From Candidatus Woesearchaeota archaeon (GTDB taxonomy: Archaea; Nanobdellota; Nanobdellia; Woesearchaeales; UBA10216): 64,000 nt of DNA. Below are positions 56,756 through 64,000 of this stretch, piece by piece. The DNA is taken from positions 4,681 to 68,680 of the forward strand of contig JACPBS010000006.1 of assembly GCA_016180195.1 (NCBI GenBank). Direction: 5' to 3'. The notes under the pieces were generated by a model. The model saw only the letters and a program-made list of their open reading frames with translations, ran no database searches and was not told where the DNA came from. Each line of letters opens with the position of its first letter. The stretch's first letter is position 1. The position numbers and the translations under genes are program-made.

Positions 56756-56863
56756 CGGGCCCACAGGGATTTGAATTCCAGCTTCTTCAGCTTTTCCAGC
56801 TGATAGTGTCCCTGGACCTGTTGGTTAAGAGCCAACCGCTCTACCAGACTAAGCTATGGGCCC
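56756..56863 (-). tRNA. tRNA-Lys(CTT) with a 34-nt intron at 53/54 (56776-56809)
   Basis: Acceptor GGGCCCA/TGGGCCC-G; anticodon arm GTTGG-CTCTTAA-CCAAC; CAGGG^TTCAAAT-CCCTG. Confidence 0.9.
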
Positions 56864-56888
56864 ATGATGAATCGCAATCGCAATCGAT

Positions 56889-57335
56889 TTAAATAGTTTT
56901 TGCAGGTTTTTTCAGTTCCTTTGTCATTTCTGAGACGAAAAGCCTTGCATCCTCAACTGAAGTCAATGCATCGCCTTCGCTTGGATTAAACTCCAATCCG
57001 TACATTGATTCATGCCTTTCTATCCTGTGTATGTTAAGCGTGTTTATTATTGTAACAGGAATTCTTTTTGAATACTTTTCCTTGAGATAGACGAATATTG
57101 AATAATGGCTCTTCTCTTGGATACCGTCCCGATACAGTATTGCCCTTGCGGAATGGAACATTGCCATGTATGCATCCAGGATTGCGAAATCAAAAAGCCT
57201 CATTTTAAGGGATTTGTCCGCCCTTTCCAGCCTATCCTTTGCTATCTTAATGGACCTTTCTGATTTTTCCTTATCCGGACTTATTTTTCTGAGCAGCCTG
57301 AAATTAAAGCAATCTTCGACATTTCTTATTTCCAT
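56889..57335 (-). CDS. HEPN domain protein
   Basis: AYMAMFHSARAILYRDGIQEKSH and RHESMYG motifs. Confidence 0.85.
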   Translation of the reverse strand: MEIRNVEDCFNFRLLRKISPDKEKSERSIKIAKDRLERADKSLKMRLFDFAILDAYMAMFHSARAILYRDGIQEKSHYSIFVYLKEKYSKRIPVTIINTLNIHRIERHESMYGLEFNPSEGDALTSVEDARLFVSEMTKELKKPAKTI

Positions 57336-57877
57336 TTTACAATAGGCAGGTCTCCAATCAAAGGTATGCCGCGACTGATAACCTCATAATAAAAGGCCGA
57401 GTTTTCTCTTGCACTTTTATTCCAATCACCCCAGCTTAAAAAATGAATGTTTATTTCCCTGTTCAGTTTGGTTTCAAAGGCTGAAAGATCGATATGCTTC
57501 GCTTTCCCTATGACTAACATATCGAAATCGCTCTTTTCATCATCTTCCCCCTTTGCCTTTGACCCGAACAGTACAATTGAAGATAGGTTGGGAATGTTTT
57601 TATTTAGGTGCTCAATTAGCCCTGATTTCAGAATTGATTCTATGCTGAATGCGATTTTTAATTGCCTGAAGAAAAGGTTGGACATGTTCGCCCTGAAGAT
57701 TCTCAGGTTTGCCTTCTTTTCCTCTGTCAAAAGTCCTTCCCTGATCAGCAGGTCAGAATACTTCTTTGCAGCGAAAGGGCTAATTTTCAGCTTCGTTGCA
57801 AGCTCCCTCAAGTATACTTCCTTGTACGGGTTTTCTGTAAAAAACTTCAGTTCCTTGATTAGGAATAATTCATTCAT
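57326..57877 (-). CDS. HTH plus minimal nucleotidyltransferase
   Basis: YLRELATKL HTH; FGSKAKG...SDFD. Confidence 0.85.
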   Translation of the reverse strand: MNELFLIKELKFFTENPYKEVYLRELATKLKISPFAAKKYSDLLIREGLLTEEKKANLRIFRANMSNLFFRQLKIAFSIESILKSGLIEHLNKNIPNLSSIVLFGSKAKGEDDEKSDFDMLVIGKAKHIDLSAFETKLNREINIHFLSWGDWNKSARENSAFYYEVISRGIPLIGDLPIVKWK

Positions 57878-57990
57878 CCTTCTGTTTTTATTTTTGTCAT
57901 ATATAAAGATTATGTTTTTAAATAAAAACAATTGTTTTTTATTGTTGTTATTACGCATTATTTATATATTCCGTAAGTTCTCTTTTTCGC

Positions 57991-58245
57991 ATGACTGATG
58001 CAAAAAGGCAAAATGAGAACATAGGAAGAAGGGTCTGGCTTTTGGAGAATGCGGCTGCAGCTGGCTTGTTAGGACTGGGCATTGCTGGAATTGCGATAAC
58101 AACCCTTGCTGGAAATTCTGTTCCATCGGATGATTCAAGGACTGCACACCTTTTGTTAGAATATGCAGGCTATGCCGGGTCTCTTATGACTACTGCCTCA
58201 GGTTTAATGCTGATATATGACCTTGTCAGGCACCCGTACAAGTAG
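57991..58245 (+). CDS. Small two-TM hypothetical protein
   Basis: 84 aa with two hydrophobic helices. Confidence 0.5.
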   Translation: MTDAKRQNENIGRRVWLLENAAAAGLLGLGIAGIAITTLAGNSVPSDDSRTAHLLLEYAGYAGSLMTTASGLMLIYDLVRHPYK

Positions 58246-58248
58246 AAA

Positions 58249-59583
58249 TCATATTTCCCTTATTGCATCATCTATAACCTTTCTGTATTTGGAATGCAAT
58301 TCATCAAGCCTCTTCCTGTCCCTGGCTTCAATAACAAGGCAAACCTCTGGCAGGTTGTTTGACTTCCTTAAAAGCACCCACTCTATCTCGTTGAGAAAGA
58401 ATTTTATGCCGTCCCTTGTCAGGGTTGCATTCTTCACCTTTTTGTAGCGTTCAACAAGGGCGTTCTTGACAATCTCCTTTTTCTCATGCGTTCCGCAGTC
58501 AACATACTCCTTAAGCATGGGAGCGAATTTTATCTCGTCCACCATCTCGGAAAGCTTCTTGTCACTTCTGCTTAGCAGTTCAGCCATTTTCAGCCCTGCA
58601 ATGAAGCCATCAGAAAACGGATAGTGCTCAAACCAGAAATGCGAGCTCATCTCGCCGCCAAAGACTGCTCCGTGGCTGAATACGTTTTTGCCGATGAATC
58701 CATGGCCAACCTCGCTCCAAAACAGCTTTCCGCCCAATGCTTCCGCAAGCTGCGCGAGCTCGCTGTTGCAGTCAACCGTCATTACCACGTTCTTCCTTGA
58801 GGCTGACTGGAGGAGGTGCTTGATGAAAACCGCAGCAGTCATGCTTCCATTCAACTCGCGGCCAGTGTCATCAATAAAAACCGACCTGTCACAATCCCCG
58901 TCAAAACCCACCCCGAAGTCCGCATTTTCCATAACCACTGATTCTGCCATTTCCCTGAGATTATCGCCTTTTGGCTCAGGCCTTTCGTTGTTGAAATCAG
59001 GCTTAGCAATGCAGTGCGATGCAAGGACATCCATGCCGAACTTCTCGTAAAGCCCCGGGATTATGACAGAAGATGAGGCATGAAGGCACTCCACAGCGAC
59101 CTTAACTTTCCTTTTGATTTTAATTACCGACTTAAGGAAGACCTCATAAGGTAAGTAACCGTCGGTTTCCATGTATTTACCGTTTCCTGCCCTGAATTTC
59201 CCGGAAGCATAAATTCTCTCCAGCTCCCTGTACTGGTCAACGTAACTGCAGCCGGATGCTTCAACGAACTTGAACCCGGTATACTCGGCAGGATTATGGG
59301 ACGCGGTTATCATCGCACCCTCTTTTCCCTGTTTCCAGGAGTTGAAGAAAAGAACTGGGCTGGGGTATTCGCCAATAAATGTGACATTGCACCCCGTGCT
59401 TAATAAGCCCTTTATGAATGCAGGCTGGATTTCCTTTGAAGAGTACCTTATATCGCGGCAAACAATGATGTCCCTGCCATCAATAAAAGTCCCGACTGAC
59501 TTTCCGATCCTTTCGGCGCTAATTGCATTAAGCTCGGAGCCTATCAGGCCCCTGATGTCATATTCCTTGAAGAATCCGGCCAT
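58249..59583 (-). CDS. Phosphomannomutase/phosphoglucomutase
   Basis: YDIRG, ITASHNP, FDGDCDR and GEMSSH motifs. Confidence 0.94.
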   Translation of the reverse strand: MAGFFKEYDIRGLIGSELNAISAERIGKSVGTFIDGRDIIVCRDIRYSSKEIQPAFIKGLLSTGCNVTFIGEYPSPVLFFNSWKQGKEGAMITASHNPAEYTGFKFVEASGCSYVDQYRELERIYASGKFRAGNGKYMETDGYLPYEVFLKSVIKIKRKVKVAVECLHASSSVIIPGLYEKFGMDVLASHCIAKPDFNNERPEPKGDNLREMAESVVMENADFGVGFDGDCDRSVFIDDTGRELNGSMTAAVFIKHLLQSASRKNVVMTVDCNSELAQLAEALGGKLFWSEVGHGFIGKNVFSHGAVFGGEMSSHFWFEHYPFSDGFIAGLKMAELLSRSDKKLSEMVDEIKFAPMLKEYVDCGTHEKKEIVKNALVERYKKVKNATLTRDGIKFFLNEIEWVLLRKSNNLPEVCLVIEARDRKRLDELHSKYRKVIDDAIREI

Positions 59584-60419
59584 TATCTTATATCCTTCCA
59601 TTCCTTTATTGCGCGCTCATACCGCTCAAGGGTGCCAGTGTCAAACCATTGGCCGCTGAACGGGTATCCAAAGAGCTTGCCTTCAGCAGCAAGCTTAGGG
59701 AAAACGTCTTTTTCCAGCATGGCGTATCCGTCAGGAATGTAATTGATAACATCTGCTTCCATGATGTAAAGCCCCGCATTGATGAGGTTTGAGGGGGCTT
59801 TTTCCTTTTTTGGCTTTTCGACAAACTCAAGCACCCTGTTACCCTGAAGCCTGGCAACGCCATATGAGCTGGGGTCCTCAACAGTGGTCAGCGCGATTGT
59901 GGCGGACGCCTTGTTCTCCTTGTGGGAGAGGAACATGTCAATCAGGTCTATATCCTTGAGCTCGTCTGCATTGCATGCGATGAATGTTTCGTTAAGAAGC
60001 CCGCGGGCAAGCTTTATAGGTCCTGCAGTTCCCATGGGCTTGTCCTCTTCAACATAGCTTATGCTCATGCCAAGCCTGTTGCCGTTTCCAAACGCCTCCT
60101 TGATCTTCTCGCCCTTGTACCCTATTGATATTATGACGTTCTTGACGTTGAATTTCCTCAACAGCTCCAGGATGTGCTGGAGAAGCGGCTTGTCATGCAG
60201 AGGGAGAAGCGGTTTTGGCAGCTCATGAGTGATAGGCTGCAGCCTGACCCCCTTGCCGCCTGCAAGGATAAGCGCTGTTTTGGGCACGTTGCTTCCAAGA
60301 GACTGCATTAGCAGGAGCTCTATTGCGTGAGACCTGTTCTTTATCTTGAATCCGTCAACCCTGCGATCTACTTCCCTGAGCAGGTCCGTGTCCAGAGTGA
60401 GAGTAACCCTTTCTTTCAT
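59583..60419 (-). CDS. RHH (CopG) domain fused to an NDP-sugar pyrophosphorylase (mannose-1-P guanylyltransferase-like)
   Basis: MKERVTLTLD...NRSHAIE followed by LAGGKGVRL..PKPL, GTAGP and WFDTGT. Confidence 0.88.
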   Translation of the reverse strand: MKERVTLTLDTDLLREVDRRVDGFKIKNRSHAIELLLMQSLGSNVPKTALILAGGKGVRLQPITHELPKPLLPLHDKPLLQHILELLRKFNVKNVIISIGYKGEKIKEAFGNGNRLGMSISYVEEDKPMGTAGPIKLARGLLNETFIACNADELKDIDLIDMFLSHKENKASATIALTTVEDPSSYGVARLQGNRVLEFVEKPKKEKAPSNLINAGLYIMEADVINYIPDGYAMLEKDVFPKLAAEGKLFGYPFSGQWFDTGTLERYERAIKEWKDIR

Positions 60420-60500
60420 AAGCAATAGTTTCTTGTTGAGGTTCTATTTAAATGTTACGGGGTAATATTAAGTAATATAAACCAAAAATTTATATACTGG

Positions 60501-60519
60501 TATCATACAAAGTATGATA
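60501..60519. promoter_or_regulatory. Perfect inverted repeat just downstream of a BRE/TATA box
   Basis: TATCATAC-aaa-GTATGATA following ACCAAAAA-TTTATATA. Confidence 0.6.
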
Positions 60520-60545
60520 ACGTAATAAAACATGAGGTGGTGCAG

Positions 60546-60662
60546 ATGGAAAAGAACAACCTTGCCGAGGAGAATGATTTTTACCATGAATATGAGGATG
60601 CTCTGGAGGATGACGAGATAACGCCCCAAGAAGAGGCATTCATGAGCGGATATGTCGATTGA
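60546..60662 (+). CDS. Acidic microprotein (38 aa), not in the ORF track
   Basis: GAGGTGG RBS; MEKNNLAEENDFYHEYEDALEDDEITPQEEAFMSGYVD. Confidence 0.7.
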   Translation: MEKNNLAEENDFYHEYEDALEDDEITPQEEAFMSGYVD

Positions 60663-60703
60663 TGGAAAGAATTTTAAATCAGAAAAGATGACACTGCAAC
60701 ATT

Positions 60704-61666
60704 ATGGAAACCATGTCCAGGGCCCCAGGCAAGCTAATGCTCCTGGGAGAGCATGCGGTTGTATACGGAAGGAAATGCATAGTCACGGCGGTTGACGCTC
60801 CTGTAACTGTTTCATTGCGCAGCCACGAAAAATTTGTCATAAATGCGCCTGACCTGAAAATCAGCCACGAATTCACGCTTTCTGATCCTGAATACCCGAA
60901 GGAGGTCTCATTCGCTGCAACAGCGGTCAAGATGTTTAATGCAAAATTCGCGCTGCCAAGCCCTGTTTCAATCACCACAAAAAGCCTCCTCTCAAGCGAA
61001 AGGAAGGTCGGGCTCGGATCATCCGCATCTGTAACAGCAGCTGTAATGAAGGCGCTGTCAAACCATTTCAGCATAAAGCTTGAAAAAAAAGAGCTCTTTG
61101 ACCTCTGCTACAAAACAATACTTGAAGTGCAGAAAGTAGGATCGGGCTTTGATGCAGCAGCAGCTGTCTTCGGAGGAACGCTCATGTACAAAAAAGGGCA
61201 ACCCATGCCCATAAAATCCGAAGGGCTGGATTTGACCATAGGCTATACAGGCATGCCTGCGCACACCACAGAGATAGTCCGGAAAGTGGCTGCACAGGTT
61301 GACGAGCAGCCAGGGTACTACGAGAACATTTTTGACGAGATAGAAAAGCTGGTGATCATGGCGACAAAAGCCATTGAGGAGAAGGACTGGGCATCCCTCG
61401 GCTCCCTGATGAATGAGAACCAGGAATTCCTCCGGGAAATGCAAGTCCCTTCAGAGGAGCTTGGCGTAAGCTCGGAAATAATTGAAAAGCTCATAAACAG
61501 CGCACTTGATGCGGGCGCATACGGCGCGAAGCTTTCAGGTGCAGGTGTAGGCGACTGCATAATTGCGATATCTCCGATTGAAAGGAAAAATGAAGTGGAG
61601 GAAGCAATTGCAAGGGCAGGAGGAACCATAATAGATGCAAAGGTCAATGTTCCAGGAGCAGAATGA
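60704..61666 (+). CDS. mvk: GHMP kinase (mevalonate or phosphomevalonate kinase)
   Basis: APGKLMLLGEHAVVYG, GLGSSA and KLSGAG motifs; mevalonate gene context. Confidence 0.85.
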   Translation: METMSRAPGKLMLLGEHAVVYGRKCIVTAVDAPVTVSLRSHEKFVINAPDLKISHEFTLSDPEYPKEVSFAATAVKMFNAKFALPSPVSITTKSLLSSERKVGLGSSASVTAAVMKALSNHFSIKLEKKELFDLCYKTILEVQKVGSGFDAAAAVFGGTLMYKKGQPMPIKSEGLDLTIGYTGMPAHTTEIVRKVAAQVDEQPGYYENIFDEIEKLVIMATKAIEEKDWASLGSLMNENQEFLREMQVPSEELGVSSEIIEKLINSALDAGAYGAKLSGAGVGDCIIAISPIERKNEVEEAIARAGGTIIDAKVNVPGAE

Positions 61667-62658
61667 GAGCCACATCAACAGCGACTCCAAACATAGCCAT
61701 AATGAAATACTGGGGAAAAAGGAACGACGCCCTTAAGCTGCCCTTAAACGATAGCATCTCAATAACGCTTGACAGCACATTCTCGTCAAAAACAACTGTC
61801 GACTTCTCAGAGCATTATAAGGAAGACAGCCTGGTCATAGATGGCGTTCCTGCCAGCGACAAGGAAATGAGGAACGCAATGCTGGTTCTTTACTACCTCA
61901 GGAAAAAAGCAGGGCTGAGTTGCCATGCAAGAATAGAATCAGGGAACAACTTCCCGAAAGGGGCAGGAATAGCCTCGTCTTCATCAGGCTATGCCGCGCT
62001 TGCGGTAGCAGCAGCTGCGGCATTGAACCTGAAACTCAGGCCAGACGAAATTTCGATTGCTGCGAGACTCGGTTCCGGGTCTGCATGCAGGTCGGTAATT
62101 GGAGGATTTGTGCAGTGGAAAAAAGGAGGCAAAGAAGACGGATCAGACTCCTATTCAGAACAGCTTGCAGACGAGCACCACTGGAAAGAATTCAGGATAG
62201 TTACGGCAATAACCTCCGAAGAACCCAAGATCATAGGATCAACAGAAGGCATGAAAAGGACAGTTGACACAAGCAAGCTTTACGGGAAACGCCTTGAAAC
62301 GCTTCCAGATATAATAGAGCAGTCAAAAGAGGCCATAAAAAGAAAAAACCACGAGGAACTGTTCAGGATAGCTATGGCTGAAAGCAACAGCCTGCACGCT
62401 GTAATGCTCGACAGCTGGCCCCCCCTGATATACCTGAATGAAACATCACGGAAGATAATTTCGAAAATACATGAATTCAACGCGGCAAAAAAAGAGACCG
62501 CTGCAGCATATTCCTTTGATGCCGGCCCGAACTGCCACATATTCACGCTAGCTAAACATGAAGCTGAGCTGATTGCAGCGATAAAAGAAATAAGCGGGGT
62601 GTCAAGAATACACACATCAGTTGTTGGTAAAGGGCCTGAAGTAATCACTCAAACCTGA
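61663..62658 (+). CDS. mvaD: Diphosphomevalonate decarboxylase family protein
   Basis: NIAIMKYWGK, GIASSSSG, RLGSGSACRS and SFDAGPN motifs. Confidence 0.92.
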   Translation: MRATSTATPNIAIMKYWGKRNDALKLPLNDSISITLDSTFSSKTTVDFSEHYKEDSLVIDGVPASDKEMRNAMLVLYYLRKKAGLSCHARIESGNNFPKGAGIASSSSGYAALAVAAAAALNLKLRPDEISIAARLGSGSACRSVIGGFVQWKKGGKEDGSDSYSEQLADEHHWKEFRIVTAITSEEPKIIGSTEGMKRTVDTSKLYGKRLETLPDIIEQSKEAIKRKNHEELFRIAMAESNSLHAVMLDSWPPLIYLNETSRKIISKIHEFNAAKKETAAAYSFDAGPNCHIFTLAKHEAELIAAIKEISGVSRIHTSVVGKGPEVITQT

Positions 62659-62849
62659 CGAAATTCCGCTCCACGCTTTCTTTTTTCGCTTATAGCAAAG
62701 TGCATTAATAATGGAACTTTCGATATGCACTTTGCTATTAGCAAATCGCATTGATTTTGGAATATTATGCGATTTACTATTACTAACCATAACCATAGAA
62801 AAGAATTTAAACAAACCAGGTAATTCCAAACAAGGGGTGTCCAAAATAC

Positions 62850-63896
62850 ATGACTGCTGAAGGGATAGGAATAGTTGGGTATGGGGCCTACATTCCAAAG
62901 TTCAGGATAAAGGTTGAGGAGATAGCGCGAAGCTGGGGAAGGGATGCTGAGTCGCTTAAGAAATCATTGTGCGTGAACGAAAAAACAGTGCCTGGGATTG
63001 ACGAAGACACTACAACCATGGCAGTCGAGTCGTCCAGGAAAGCGCTTTCAATGGCAAAGGTGCCAGGCCAGGACATAAACGCCCTCTTCATAGGATCAGA
63101 ATCGCATCCTTACGCGGTAAAGCCAACCGCAACTGTGGTTGCAGAGGCAATAAGGCTAAACAGGAGCCTATTTTCGGCAGACCTGGAATTTGCGTGCAAG
63201 GCCGGAACCTCGGCAGTCCAGATAGTGTATGGAATGGTCAAGTCAGGAATGATAAACTATGGGCTGGCAATAGGGAGCGATGTTGCCCAGGCAAACCCAA
63301 ACGACGCCCTTGAATGCACAGCATCTGCCGGAGCAGCTACCATACTTCTCGGGAAAAAATGTGTTATTGCTGAAATAGACTCAACTTGCTCATTCGCAAC
63401 TGACACGCCTGATTTCTGGCGAAGGCAAAACCAGCCATACCCAAGGCATGCGGGCCATTTCACAGGAAAGCCTGCTTACTACAGGCACATAACTGAATGC
63501 ACAGAAAAAATCCTCGAGATGGCATCATCAAGGCCTTCTGATTTTGACCACGTCATATTTCACCAGCCAAACGGCAAATTCCCTGTTGAAGCAGCGAAAA
63601 TGCTTGGATTCACTGAAAAGCAGACGGAAAAAGGACTTCTTGTAAGGGACATCGGAAACTGTTACTCAGCATCAACCCTTATCGGGCTGTGCTCAGTTCT
63701 TGACGAGGCATTACCTGGCCAGAAGATACTTCTTGTATCATACGGATCAGGGGCAGGAGCTGACGGATTCGTGCTCCGGACAACCGAAAACATTGAGAAC
63801 GCCAGGAAAGGGATCATGAAAGTAAGGGAAATGATGAAATTCACCAAATACCTTGCCTATGAGGAATACATGAGGCATGCAAAAAGGCTTGTGTAA
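62850..63896 (+). CDS. mvaS: Hydroxymethylglutaryl-CoA synthase, archaeal type
   Basis: DED..TM, EFACKAGT (catalytic Cys), HQPNGKF, GNCYS and SYGSGAG motifs. Confidence 0.94.
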   Translation: MTAEGIGIVGYGAYIPKFRIKVEEIARSWGRDAESLKKSLCVNEKTVPGIDEDTTTMAVESSRKALSMAKVPGQDINALFIGSESHPYAVKPTATVVAEAIRLNRSLFSADLEFACKAGTSAVQIVYGMVKSGMINYGLAIGSDVAQANPNDALECTASAGAATILLGKKCVIAEIDSTCSFATDTPDFWRRQNQPYPRHAGHFTGKPAYYRHITECTEKILEMASSRPSDFDHVIFHQPNGKFPVEAAKMLGFTEKQTEKGLLVRDIGNCYSASTLIGLCSVLDEALPGQKILLVSYGSGAGADGFVLRTTENIENARKGIMKVREMMKFTKYLAYEEYMRHAKRLV

Positions 63897-63898
63897 AA

Positions 63899-64000
63899 AT
63901 GACGAGGGTTGCAATAATAGGGGCTGGAATGACTGCTTTTGGCCAGTTATGGGAAAAAGGGCTCATAGACCTTGCAGTCGAGGCGAACAACAAGGCGCTT
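63899..64000 (+). CDS. Acetyl-CoA acetyltransferase (thiolase), N-terminus only (3' truncated by the window edge)
   Basis: MTRVAIIGAGMTAFG; follows HMG-CoA synthase as in archaeal thiolase/HMGCS operons. Confidence 0.8.
   Translation, partial: MTRVAIIGAGMTAFGQLWEKGLIDLAVEANNKAL

Overview
Core-genome window from a DPANN archaeon, most consistent with Woesearchaeota (inferred from gene repertoire and protein style; standard genetic code). It holds about 70 CDS. Informational genes: EF-1alpha C-terminus, rpsJ, rps3ae, SRP54, class I LysRS, Dph6, RbgA-type GTPase, XPD/Rad3 helicase, GyrB. Metabolic genes: GdhA, FBP aldolase/phosphatase, NnrD, beta-carbonic anhydrase, PMM plus NDP-sugar pyrophosphorylase, and a mevalonate operon running off the right edge. 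Also present are a minimal group-3b-like NiFe hydrogenase locus, a type IV pilus assembly locus, several toxin-antitoxin-type modules and three tRNA genes, all of which carry introns at non-canonical positions. The most notable signals are outside the ORF track: (1) a family of intergenic, highly structured REP/BIME-like mosaic elements built from bulged hairpins in alternating orientation (2.1-2.6 kb, 27.0-27.2 kb, 32.5 kb, with related elements at 17.3 kb and 35.0 kb); (2) a probable orphan diversity-generating-retroelement target gene next to tRNA-Met, with no RT or template repeat in the window; (3) a candidate structured ncRNA downstream of SRP54; (4) two paralogous acidic microproteins; (5) a lipoprotein combining dockerin-like, peptidoglycan-binding-like and zincin motifs. 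All calls come from reading motifs by eye; no database searches or folding programs were run.
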